64,000 nucleotides of DNA from an uncultured Acidobacteriota bacterium (lineage in GTDB: Bacteria; Acidobacteriota; Terriglobia; Terriglobales; Acidobacteriaceae): NCBI GenBank assembly GCA_963696765.1, contig CAVOLK010000005.1, forward strand, positions 252,851-316,850, written 5' to 3'. This document shows, piece after piece, positions 20,460-30,570 of the stretch. Positions within the stretch are counted from its first letter, which is position 1. Each line of letters starts with the position of its first letter. The notes beneath the pieces were generated by a model. That model was given only the letters and a program-made list of their open reading frames with translations, had not been told where the DNA came from and did not search any database. The position numbers were made by a program, and so were the translations under genes.

Positions 20460-21621
20460 ATGAAACGCTGCAGCGATTCGCTCACGCTGGCTGTGCTGGT
20501 TCTCTCTTCTCTTTCTTGCGCGATTGTCCCTGCGGCTCACGCGCAGGTCGATCACATCGTTATCGCTGCCGGCACCGATGAAGATCACGCCCTGCAAGCC
20601 ATCTCCAACGAGCAGGATGCGCAAAAGAAGCTCGCCATGTACGAAGATTTCGTGCAGAAGTTTTCGTCGAATCCCGCGGCCGTGGCTTACGGGAACTGGC
20701 AACTCGCCCAGGCCTACCAAGCGACCGGCGATCTGCAAAAGGCGCTCGACTACGGCGACAAGGCTCTGGCCGGGTCTCCGCATAATCTGGACATTCTGGT
20801 GTCGCAGGCCAGCGTCGCGCAGCAGGCGAAGAATAACGCCAAGCTGATGGACTACTCCGCGCAGGGCGGCGAGGTTTGTCAGGCCATTGCCAAGCAAGCC
20901 AAGCCCGAGGGCATGAGCGATGAGGACTTCGCACGCAAAGTAAACGAGGAAAAATCCGGCGCGCAAAACAGTTGCGATTTTCTCGAGACCTCCGGCTTCA
21001 ACGTAATTACCAGCGAAACCGATCCCAAGAGCCGCATGTCGGAGATCGAAAAATTCACCGCGGCTTATCCCAGTTCGAAATTTCAGGAGCAGGTTTCGAA
21101 CTACGCCATGTACACGCTCGGTCCGGGCCAGTTGAACGATCCAGGCGCGGCTGGTCGCATTCGGGGAAAAGATTCTTGCGGCGAATCCAAAATCGCTTAC
21201 CGCGTTGCTCTTGCTGGCAGGTTCCTACGCTGACGATCCCAAGCCGGGCAGCGCGGCCAAGGCGATCGGCTATGCGCAGAGAGCCATCGCGGTCGCGAAG
21301 CCAGACGACCCCGACGCGGATAAATCGCGAAAACTTTCGGCGGGAGTCGCGCACAACACCATCGGATGGGCCAACTTGAAACAGGATAAATCCGCCGCCG
21401 CGATTCCTGACCTCAAAGCCGCCGCGGCTTTGCTCAAAGGACAGGACGACCAGCAATACGCCCGGGCGCTTTATGGATTGGGTTTCGCCTACGGCAAGTT
21501 GAACAAGTTGACCGAGGCACGCGAGGTGCTAACCGAGGCCGTGAAAATTTCGGGCCCGCTGCAGCCCATGTCGCAAGACCTGCTGGCGAAAGTGAACAGC
21601 GCGCGAGCGAAAGGGAAGTGA
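20460..21621 (+). pseudogene. Secreted TPR-like repeat protein, one frame break (~21150)
   Basis: Signal peptide in ORF 20460-21233. The text continues as FGEKILAANPKSLTALLLLAGSYADDP in the frame of ORF 21205-21621. The span is 3n+1. Confidence 0.6.
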
Positions 21622-21680
21622 TTTGGGGGATTTCTCTGTGTTCCTCAGTGCCCTCTGTGGTTGAAGTTCTTGACGTAAGG

Positions 21681-22297
21681 TTATTGCGCGGGCTTCACTA
21701 ATTCCTCAGAGAGCACTTGAGCTTTCCACGCCAGAGTGCGGGCACGCTCCATATCGCCATCTCCCTCCGCGGCCTTCGATTGTTCCATGAACTGGCGAAT
21801 TTGACTCACCATGTCCTTTTGGTCCGAACTGAGTTGCTGCCCGGAGATCTTCTTGAGGTTTGATTCCGTCGTCGCCAACATTTGATTGGCCGTATCTTTT
21901 TGATTCGAACTCGCGCCCGATCCCGCTCCGGCCCCGGCTAACTGAATGCTGTTATCCGCGGCTCCTCCTTGCTTCACGATTACCTTCGCCGGAGGCGCGC
22001 AATTCGCTGACTTGGCCGAGGTCGCGGAAGCTTGCCGGCGCGCTGCTGCAGTTGGATGAAACTGCTTTCTTCTTGTGCGGATGCTTCGCCGGAGTCGCAG
22101 TTTGATCGGAAGGTTTCTGCGCCGGTGCGGGAGACGATGGCTGTGGGGTCGCGCCTGGAGAAGACTGAGTTTTATCTTGCGCCTGGGTTCCTGTCGGCTT
22201 TCGCCGGCGCTGACGCCGGAGCGGACTGGTTCCTCGCCGCGACCGGCAGAGCCGGCAGCACACAAAGAATTATGATGAGAATTGCTTCCCGAGTCAT
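21681..22297 (-). pseudogene. Small secreted low-complexity protein (hypothetical), two frame breaks
   Basis: MTREAILIIILCVLPALPVAA leader (frame of ORF 22172-22363), Pro/Gln/Ser-rich middle (ORF 21952-22263), C-terminal helical part (ORF 21681-22265). Confidence 0.45.
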
Positions 22298-22419
22298 ACG
22301 CACGTTCCCTGGTCTAACGTCCGTCGCAACCGATTCTAATCTCCTGAATGCGCCCTGCGGCAAGACATCGGGATTCTACTTCATGGCGCCGCAATGCGAG
22401 CGTTCATGATGCGACAGTT

Positions 22420-24347
22420 CTATGAATTAATCTTTGCCTTGTCCAATTGCGCTTCCACGACATAATCCGGGCCGGCTTCTAGTGTTCCCGCGGCCGGAAT
22501 ATGAAATCGAAAAACAGTGCCGATGCCTTCGCTGGATTCGAAGTCCACGGAACCGTAATGCCATTGCAGTATCTGATAGGTCTGCGCCAGGCCGATGCCG
22601 CTGCCATCTTTCTTGGTTGTGAAATAGAGCTCGAAAAGTTTGTCGTGCATGTCCTTGGGAATTCCGCCGCCTTCATCGCGAATCTCAGCCACGACCGCAT
22701 TGTCCTCGCGCCGCGCTGAAATCGTGAGCAGTCCGCCCTGCCGGCATAGCCTGCACGCCGTTGATCACCACATTGAGCAAAGCCTGTTTCATCAGATCGA
22801 CGTCGACTTTAACGGGCAATCGCTGATCCGGCATCTGCCGGTCGATGGTAACGCCGTGCTGCTCCGCATCGGGAGCGGCCAGTTGCGCCACTTCTTCCAT
22901 CAGGCGGCGCAGGTCTATCTCCTCCAGGTGAAGATCGCGCGGCCGGGTGAAGTCGACCAGCGTCTGCACCACGCGATCGAGGCGTCGGATTTCGGTGTCG
23001 ATAATATCCATGTGGCGCCGCGTGTCCGGCTCCTGTTGCGAAAGTTTGTTGCGCAACAACTGCAGGTGCAGCACGATCGCGTTGATGGGATTCTTTACTT
23101 CGTGGGCGACGCCGCGAGTGAGTCGTCCGCTGGCGGAGAGGCGGCGGGACATTTCAATCTCGTCGCCAATGCGACGCACCGATTCCGTGTCTCTCATGAT
23201 CAGCAGCGCGCCGATCTGCGAATTTCTTTCCTGCACGAAGTCGAGCGACACCTGTACGCGCTTTCCCCCGGCCGCCTCAAACTCGCGCTGCGACAGTGGC
23301 CGCCTGCGCTCAAAAGCTTCCAGCAGCGCGCTGCCCAGAAGGGAATCGCGAGCAAACACTTCCTGGACCGTATGCCCGAGCAGTTCCGCGCGCGGACGCC
23401 CCAGGAAAGCTTCCACCGGAGCGCTCACCAGCACCACGCGCGAATCGCGCGCGAACAGCATCAGGCCATCCTGCAGGTTCGACATCAGCTGATCGACGTT
23501 GTCCTTGAGGGCCGAGAAAATTTCCCGGCTGTCTCGAATCTGGCGTCCCAGGTTGGCGATTTTCAGCGAGACCAGACCATATTCGTCGTGCCGCGATTCG
23601 TCCCCGTAGAGCGCTTCCGCGTCGCCGGCACTCACGCTATCAAGATTGCGGCTGATTTTTTTCAGCGGCCCCAGCGCCAGGTTGGAAATTCCCGCAGCCA
23701 GAAACAGCGAGACAAAGATCAGCGTGACCGAAACGTAGGCCGACCTCATCAGCCGGGCCTGCACTTCGCTCTTCAGGAAGACGGTTTGCACGCCGATGCG
23801 AATCGTGCCGAAAGGCTGCGCCATTCAACTCCAGCGGGTAAGTGACGTCGTAAACTGTCGGCCGGACTGAATACCAGGCGCATCTGCTCGCGGAAGCGGG
23901 CATTGACCACTTCCTGAAAGTCGCGCGCGCTTGGGAATCATCTTGCCGACCATAGCGGCATTGGTATGAAGCAACGCCCTGCCGTTGACGTCGACGATCG
24001 AGACGTCGTAGATGAATCGCCAGTCGCCGGGATCGGATTGAAGCAGATTGTTCAGGGCGACGTCGGTTTGCACGTAATCGGCCAAGGCCCGCCGCACCGC
24101 GACCGCATTGCTGGTGTCGATCGAAGTGCTGCTGAAGTCGGGTACGGCGTTCGAGGCGGCGTAGGCCAGTTGATGCGTCAGGCTGATTGCCGTATCCTTG
24201 GCATTGGTGATGCGCAGCCGCAGAATTTGGGAGATGTACAGATACCGAGAACGCCGTAACCATGGTCGCCACCATGAGAGTGATGACCAGCACGATGATG
24301 GTTTTTCGTCGCAACATGAAGCGAAGGGCGGGAACTCGATGCAACAA
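22420..24347 (-). pseudogene. Membrane sensor histidine kinase (TM, sensor, HAMP, PAS, HisKA, HATPase), about five frame breaks
   Basis: Fragments 23640-24347, 23825-24097, 22685-23824 (GVAHEVKNPINAI H-box) and 22420-22692 (EIRDEGGGIP, GSGIGLA). Breaks reconstructed near 24238, 23925, 23875, 23825 and 22738. Confidence 0.8.
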
Positions 24348-24362
24348 CTTTGCGAGGAAGCC

Positions 24363-25774
24363 TTAGCTGCTGGGCACTTCCTCTTTGCCGGGAACCGCTT
24401 CCGCGGCGGCGCTGCCGTATTCCTTCAACTTATTATGAAGGGTTTTCAGGCTGATTCCCAGAATTTCCGCGGCTCGCGTCTTGTTATTGCTGGTCGCCTC
24501 CAGCGTCTTCAGGATCAGCATCTTCTCGGCTTCTTCTACAGTAGTACCTACACCCAGTCGAACCGCATCGGGATCGTTGGCCGAACTGCGCAGCGGAGCC
24601 TGTCCAAAACCCGGCGGCAAATGCTTGGTCTCAATCACGCCGGCGTCGCAGACAATTACTGCGCGCTCCAGCGTGTTGCGCAATTCCCGCACGTTGCCGG
24701 GCCAGGAGTATTGATTGAATTGGTTGAGCACCGCCTCACTGACGGCCGCAACTTTGCGGCCATGCTTGGCGCTCATCTCGGCCAGCAGCAGTTCCACCAG
24801 CGCCGCAATGTCCTCTTTATGCTCGCGCAAAGGCGGCATATGAATGTTGAATACGTTCAGCCGGTAATACAGATCGCTGCGCAACTCGCCCCGCGAGACC
24901 GCCTCGTCCGGAACTTTATTGGTGGCCGCGAGCACGCGCACGTCCACCGAGGTTTCCACCTTGCTGCCCAGGCGCCGCAGTTTCCGGTCTTCCAGAACGC
25001 GCAACAATTTGGCCTGGGTTCCGATCGGCATCTCGCCAATCTCGTCCAGCAATAATGTTCCGCCTTCAGCCAGTTCGAAGCAGCCGGTGCGGCGTTCCAG
25101 CGCTCCGGTGAATGCCCCTTTTTCGTGGCCGAAGATTTCGCTTTCCATCAAGGTCTCCGGAATCGCGGCGCAGTTGATGGCAACGAATGGACGATCCTTG
25201 CGCGGGCTGAGTTCATGGATGGTGCGCGCCACCAGTTCTTTTCCCGTGCCGCTCGCGCCGGTAATGAGTACCGAGGCCGTGCTGGGCGATACCATCTCAA
25301 TCAGCCGGAAAATTTCCTGCATCTTGCGCGAGGCCCCATTCAGCCGCCCCAGCGAACCGACGTCGCGCAATCTGCGCCGGGTAGCCTCTAGTTCGGCGCG
25401 CGTACCCAGCAGCGCCGACGCGTTCCCCAGAATCGTTCGCAGCCGGTTGGTGTCGATGGGCTTGGTAATGTAATCGTAGGCTCCCATTCGCATGGCCTGC
25501 ACCGCGCTGTCGATGGTTCCCTGCGCCGTCACCAGGATCACGGCGATCGTCTGTCGCCTGTTCCGCAAGATGGCCCAGCAAGTTCGAGTCCTCCCATGCG
25601 CGGCATTTTCAGGTCGGTGATAACAATCGATGGCCCCCACTGCGTTGCCTTCTCCAGGCCTTCCGCGCCATCGCGGGCCGTCTCCACCCGAAATCCCCAG
25701 GACGACACCAGTTCCGCCAGTCCGGATCGTTCGTTCTCTTCGTCTTCGACTATCAGTATTTTTTCGTGGCTCAT
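24363..25774 (-). pseudogene. Sigma-54-dependent response regulator (NtrC family: REC, AAA+, Fis HTH), frame break(s) near 25580
   Basis: REC N-terminus MSHEKILIVEDEENERSGL..DLKMPRMGG in ORF 25538-25774. The remainder in ORF 24363-25850 has GASGTGKE, GAFTGA, ESELFGHEKGAFTGA-like text and a C-terminal HTH. Confidence 0.85.
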
Positions 25775-25797
25775 GGATGTCGTTTTGTGCTGCCCCT

Positions 25798-25814
25798 GGC
25801 AGCTTTGATGCCAG
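25798..25814. promoter_or_regulatory. Palindrome TGGCA-N7-TGCCA in the divergent regulator/OmpA control region
   Basis: ctggcagctttgatgccag, 24 nt upstream of the regulator ATG (25774). It reads as a GG-N10-GC sigma-54-like motif on both strands because it is palindromic. Confidence 0.35.
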
Positions 25815-26129
25815 TTGCGAGCGAACCCGCATTCCGACTGAAGGTCTCACGATACGCGGCTAGCTTCCTTGAGGGCAAGGTCTCGATGGGCATTGCCTAG
25901 GAGTTTCGCCGCCTACAGTCCTGCATTTCAATTTGAGACGGAACTGCCTCCCGCGTTGCCGAACGCGGCAACTCTACGAGTCTATACTTTCGTTTTAAGG
26001 TCTGGGTACGATAGAATTTCCGGTCGCACGACAACCGCGAGTTTCCGCCACTCTGGCTCAAGAGTTTTGTTTCTCATGAACGTCTCGTTGCTTTGTTCCG
26101 CTCGCAACGATCATCTCTCGGAGGAGTTA

Positions 26130-27941
26130 ATGTCTAAGTTATCTGGTTCTCGGCTATGCGTCGCCTGTCTTGCCGTTCTTCTAACACTAGGTCTTTTGTC
26201 CCCTTCTGGATTTGCCCAGAGTGACTCTTATCCAAAGTGGGACGCCTTCATCGGCTATCAATATCAGCAAGCGGATGGCGACCACGTTCCCGCCGCATTC
26301 AGCAACCCGAGCAATCCCTTCTCACTCGCTTTGCCTGATATGACCAAGGGGTTTGGCGGTGCTGTGGCCAAGGACTTCAGCCGTTATTGGGCTATCGAAG
26401 GCGATCTGGGATACAACTGGCACTCTAACCTGGATGCCAACGTATTCACGGCGTCCATCGGACCGCGATTTATGATCCGCACCGATTCCTTCAACTTTTT
26501 CCTGCATGCTATGCCGGGGCTTAATCGCTTGAGTTACGAGGGCGGTGCGGTCACGCACTACGGATTTGGCGCTATCTTCGGGGGCGGGATGGATATTCCT
26601 ATCACGAAGAAGTTTGCCTGGCGCGTTTTTGAAGCCGACTATGTTTGGGGACGGCACAACTTTGCTAACCTGGCGGGACCTCAAGATGCTTCGCTCCGGC
26701 GTCCTACCTTTGAAGGCGCGCGACTGCGCACCGGTATCGTATTCAACTTCGGCAGCAACGAGACGGTTCCACCTACTGCGTCCTGTTCGGTGCAGCCCAC
26801 GGAAGTGATGGTTGGTGAACCCATTACCGCCACCGTTACACCCGGCAGTTTCAATCCCAAGCACACCGTTACTTATGAATGGAGCACTAACGGCGGCCAG
26901 GTCACGGGAAAAGATGCGACGGCCACCATTGAAACCAACAACGTGGCTCCCGGATCTTATGCGGTCACCGCGCACGTGACCGACCCGAGAGCTAAGGCGA
27001 ACAACGTGGCCAGTTGCTCGGCGAACTATACCGTCAAGCCTCTGCCTCCAAAGAATCCGCCGACCATTTCTATTTCGGCGAACCCGACGAGCGTTCAACC
27101 CGGCGGACCCGTCACTCTGACCGCCAACTGTACCAGTCCTGACGGCGTTCCCGTATCGGTCGCCAACTGGACAGCCACGGGTGGCACGATTACCGGCAAT
27201 GGCAACCAGGCCACGTTGAGCACCAACGGCGCCGCGCCCGGTTCAGTGACTGCCACAGCCACCTGCACCGATTCGCGCGGGCTGAACAGTCAAGGTTCAA
27301 CCCAGGTGACGGTGGAGAATCCTCCAGCAGCGAATCCTCAGATCGAAGTTCTTGAGGCTCGCCTGGCTCTGCACAGCATTTACTATCCAACCGCCCAGCC
27401 CAATAGCGATCGCCCGGGCGCCGGTCTGGTCCCGAGTCAACAGAGAACCCTGCAAGCTCTGGCCACGGACTTCAAGACTTATCTGCAGTCCAAGCCGGAC
27501 GCTCACCTCATCCTTGAAGGTCACGCCGATATGCGCGGTACGGACGCCTTCAACCAGAAGCTCACCGAACGCCGCGTAGCCAGTGTGAAAGCTTATCTGG
27601 TCGCGCAGGGCATTCCCGATTCCGCCATCGAGACCGTGGCCTACGGCAAGCAGAGAAATCTGACTACCGACGAGGTCAGGACTTCGGTGACGAGCAATCC
27701 GGAGCTGACGACCGAAGAGCGTCGCCGAGCGCTGCTGCGGCTGGGTGTGATCAAGCTGGCCAGCAATCGCCGCGTCGATGTCACCCTGAGAACGGCGAAC
27801 GGAACTGAGAACTCGGTGCGGCAATTCCCCTTCAACGCAGCCGACGCGTTAAGCCTGATCGGCGGCCGCGAAAGTGAGAGAAAGACTGCCAAACCCGCGC
27901 CTCGCAAGCGACCAGCGAAGAAGCCAGCGAGCAAGCAGTAG
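26130..27941 (+). CDS. OmpA-family outer membrane protein: beta-barrel, tandem Ig-like domains, OmpA_C peptidoglycan-binding domain
   Basis: ATG 26130 with GGAGGAG SD; signal peptide ..SPSGFAQ; barrel-like alternating text; repeated Cys-bounded ~90-aa modules (SCSVQPTEV.., ASCSANYTV.., LTANCTSPDG.., ATATCTDSRG); LEGHADMRGTDAFNQKLTERRVASVKAYL. Confidence 0.8.
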   Translation: MSKLSGSRLCVACLAVLLTLGLLSPSGFAQSDSYPKWDAFIGYQYQQADGDHVPAAFSNPSNPFSLALPDMTKGFGGAVAKDFSRYWAIEGDLGYNWHSNLDANVFTASIGPRFMIRTDSFNFFLHAMPGLNRLSYEGGAVTHYGFGAIFGGGMDIPITKKFAWRVFEADYVWGRHNFANLAGPQDASLRRPTFEGARLRTGIVFNFGSNETVPPTASCSVQPTEVMVGEPITATVTPGSFNPKHTVTYEWSTNGGQVTGKDATATIETNNVAPGSYAVTAHVTDPRAKANNVASCSANYTVKPLPPKNPPTISISANPTSVQPGGPVTLTANCTSPDGVPVSVANWTATGGTITGNGNQATLSTNGAAPGSVTATATCTDSRGLNSQGSTQVTVENPPAANPQIEVLEARLALHSIYYPTAQPNSDRPGAGLVPSQQRTLQALATDFKTYLQSKPDAHLILEGHADMRGTDAFNQKLTERRVASVKAYLVAQGIPDSAIETVAYGKQRNLTTDEVRTSVTSNPELTTEERRRALLRLGVIKLASNRRVDVTLRTANGTENSVRQFPFNAADALSLIGGRESERKTAKPAPRKRPAKKPASKQ

Positions 27942-27971
27942 GGCGCACGACAGCTCGGAAAAACGAACCAC

Positions 27972-28004
27972 CGGAGGGCAGATTTCCTGCCCTCCGTTTT
28001 TTTT
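27972..28004 (+). terminator. Intrinsic terminator after the OmpA-family gene
   Basis: CGGAGGGCAG-atttc-CTGCCCTCCG followed by T8. Confidence 0.85.
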
Positions 28005-28094
28005 GCTCCGCAGAATAAAGTTCTCCTGGCGGCAGGATTTACATTCCAGCTCGAAAGTGCCATCGCCAAGTCGTTGATTTAGTGAGATGGTGAC

Positions 28095-28110
28095 TGGTAT
28101 TTCGGTTGCG
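28095..28110 (+). promoter_or_regulatory. Candidate sigma-54 promoter (-24/-12)
   Basis: TGGTATttcggTTGCg with exact GG-N10-GC spacing, ~36 nt upstream of GTG 28145. Confidence 0.4.
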
Positions 28111-28144
28111 ACTCTCCGGCGGGGAATTGAAGGGGATTTTTTCT

Positions 28145-28814
28145 GTGAGCTGGCTGCGAAGGCCTCGACGTCTGACGCTCGGATTCATCGTGCTGGCCCA
28201 AGTGTGCGTGGTTGGCTGCACTTCTCCGGCAGGCCTGCAGAGCGGCAACAGCGCTAGTCAAGGGGATCAGCATCCCGTTCCTTTTCACGACGACAATGCG
28301 AAAGTCGGTGGCCCGGGCGAGTCGTCAGCCACACAGGAAAATGACCCCAAAGCCAGAGACGCCCCTTCCTTTTCGTGATCCGAAGAGTCTGCCTGCAGGC
28401 ACCCTGCTCACGGTTCGACTGAAGAGGCCAATCTTCGCCGGGAATTCGAACGCCAACGGCACGTTCGATGCGGTCATCGACCAACCCGTAATCGTCGACG
28501 GCAATCAACTGGTTCCGCTCGGCACCCTGGTTTCCGGACGCGTGGAATCGGCCCAGGCCTCGCACCTCAAGGGCAATCACGGGTATCTTCGGCTCACTCT
28601 CGGAACAATTCACCTCGCAGGATCGAACGTACCGCTTCAAACCTGCCAGCCTTTTTGTGGGCGGAAATGCCGGCACAATTTTGCAGTCTCCTCATCAGCA
28701 ACCGGCCAGGGTGGCCCGCCGGGGGTCGAGCTGGAAAAAGGCCGGCGCCTGGTGTTTCGCCTGACCGAGCCGGTATATGTGGCCGCTACAAACCAGTCTT
28801 CGTCTGCAAATTAG
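28145..28814 (+). pseudogene. Lipoprotein (hypothetical), one frame break (~28350)
   Basis: VSWLRRPRRLTLGFIVLAQVCVVGC lipobox-like leader in ORF 28106-28378. The text continues in ORF 28212-28814 (PFRDPKSLPAGTLLTVRLKRPI..). The span is 3n+1. Confidence 0.55.
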
Positions 28815-29016
28815 GGTAGTGGGTCACTTTGAAATTCTGATGGCTTGTTCCCTCATCGAACGGCGTCATCCTGAGCGTAGCCGTTCTCCAGGCGGAGCGA
28901 AGGATCTCCCGTTAGGACACTGTTTGCCACGGAGATCCCTCGGCCCGCTGGTAAAGAACGCGGGCACTTCGGGATGACGCCCCCGTGACATTCACAGTTC
29001 AAACTGACCACTACCC
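28814..29016. repeat. ~200-bp composite MITE-like element (outer inverted repeat enclosing a family-1 palindromic repeat); inverted copy at 43228-43428
   Basis: Outer IR gggtagtgggtcactttgaa / ttcaaactgaccactaccc; inner ggcgtcatcctgagcg ... cttcgggatgacgc. It aligns by eye at about 90% with the reverse complement of 43228-43428. Confidence 0.8.
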
Positions 29017-29105
29017 GAATTAACCCGCAGTTGACAGTCCAGCAGTTTCGGCAGAGTTTTCCACAAAAATTATTCCCGTTTTAGTGACATCTGCCCTTAG
29101 CAGGC

Positions 29106-30554
29106 ATGCCCTCCGCTCTCTATAGTGGGCTCGAAATGGATTTGCAGTTCAGCTTGCGCGGGCCTGCGAACTCCCATTTCAGGAAAACTAAGGTCTCGGG
29201 TAGGGATTTCACGATTCCTTCCGGGAATCGTTCCGCGCAAAGTAGGGACATGAGCAGTGCCGCCGAGTTCGCAAGGATCCAGCAAGATTCAGATCCGGAA
29301 TCTTGTTCTGTTTTTGATTACTCACCCTTTCCCGTGGCGCAATGCCAGCGCCACGGGAACATAATTGCGTTCAATTCCGCTTTGGAACAGATGCTTGGGG
29401 ACAGGGTCAGAACGTCTCCGCCCCTGTATTTTGCCGATCTCATTTGTCCTCAGGATTGCGTCGAAGGGCAGCGGCTGTTTCAAGATTTGTTTGACGGCCG
29501 GCAGGACAGTTTTCAGATTAATTCCCACATTGGCAGCGCAGGTGGTCGCCCGGTGCGTTGGACTCTTTGGCGTGTGCAGGGGATGAATGGAAATTCCGAC
29601 TACGCGCTGGCCGTGGCCGAGGATGCTCCGCACGACCGTGAAGCCGAGCAACGCCTGCGGCAAGCCGAGAAGTTGGAGGCTGTGGGCCGCTTGGCGGGAG
29701 GAGTGGCTCACGACTTCAACAATCTGCTCACCGGAATTCTCTTGTACTGCGACCTGCTGAAGACCCACCTGGAGCCTTGCCATCGAGTGCGAAAGTATGC
29801 CGATGAAATCCGCGATGCCAGCATGCAGGCTGCCGGCCTGGTGCGCCAGTTGCTCGCCGTCGCGCGACCCTCGAATTCCGAGCCGCGCTTGCTTTCCCTG
29901 AACGAGGTTGTCGAAGGCATGCGCAACCTTCTGGGTCGCCTGATCGGGGAGAACATCAACCTGCATTTCCGGCTCGATCCCAATGTTGGCTTGATCAGGA
30001 TGGATCCGACGCAGGCGCAACAGATTTTGCTGAACCTGGTGCTGAACTCGAGGGATGCGATGCCCGGCGGCGGCGATATCACGGTTGAAACGTGCCAGTG
30101 CAAAGTGCAAGTACTGCTGGAATCAGGCCGGCCGGAAAGTTCGACTGAATCAGATAGGGAGGAAGCAAGTCGCGCGATCGCGATTCCAACTTCGCTGCCC
30201 TGCGCTCTGTTCGTAGTGGCGGACAACGGCAGCGGGATGGATGACGCCACACGCAAGCGCGTGTTCGACGCATTTTTCACGACCAAGGCAGGGAAGGGCA
30301 CGGGCCTTGGACTAGCCACGGTGCACGACATTGTCACCAGCAACGGCGGCCTCATTCACGTCGACAGCGCGCCCGCACGGGGCACGCGCGTCTCCGTGCT
30401 GCTGCCGCTGGTTCCCCCGCCACTGGTGGAATTGCACAGTAGCCGCGAAGCTCTGACCGAAACGAATCTGACCGAAACGAACGTGATCGAAACGAACGTG
30501 ATCGAAACGAACCTGATCGAAACGAAGCTGAAAGTGCTTTTACCGAAAGCATAG
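29106..30554 (+). CDS. Cytoplasmic PAS sensor histidine kinase
   Basis: PAS-like N-terminus, H-box GVAHDFNNLLTGI, HATPase (DNGSGMD, GKGTGLGLA); no TM segment. The start is uncertain (29106, 29136 or 29250 MSSAAEF). The C-terminal tail is encoded by a 15-bp tandem repeat. Confidence 0.85.
   Translation: MPSALYSGLEMDLQFSLRGPANSHFRKTKVSGRDFTIPSGNRSAQSRDMSSAAEFARIQQDSDPESCSVFDYSPFPVAQCQRHGNIIAFNSALEQMLGDRVRTSPPLYFADLICPQDCVEGQRLFQDLFDGRQDSFQINSHIGSAGGRPVRWTLWRVQGMNGNSDYALAVAEDAPHDREAEQRLRQAEKLEAVGRLAGGVAHDFNNLLTGILLYCDLLKTHLEPCHRVRKYADEIRDASMQAAGLVRQLLAVARPSNSEPRLLSLNEVVEGMRNLLGRLIGENINLHFRLDPNVGLIRMDPTQAQQILLNLVLNSRDAMPGGGDITVETCQCKVQVLLESGRPESSTESDREEASRAIAIPTSLPCALFVVADNGSGMDDATRKRVFDAFFTTKAGKGTGLGLATVHDIVTSNGGLIHVDSAPARGTRVSVLLPLVPPPLVELHSSREALTETNLTETNVIETNVIETNLIETKLKVLLPKA
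30453..30533 (+). repeat. Five tandem 15-bp repeats read in frame as the kinase C-terminal tail
   Basis: [cg]tga[ct]cgaaacgaa[tcg] x5 giving LTETNLTETNVIETNVIETNLIETKL, located at the kinase/regulator gene junction. Confidence 0.85.
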
Positions 30555-30570
30555 AAGAGGAACGAACGCC

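Noticed and set aside
25869-26129. 87-aa N-terminal extension of the OmpA-family ORF; similar extensions at 3538, 8193, 13388, 14091, 15967, 32820, 47676, 51729, 53606 and 60361
   Set aside because: Internal starts give canonical signal peptides or family N-termini and have SD sequences. The extensions overlap repeats, neighbouring genes or antisense sequence.
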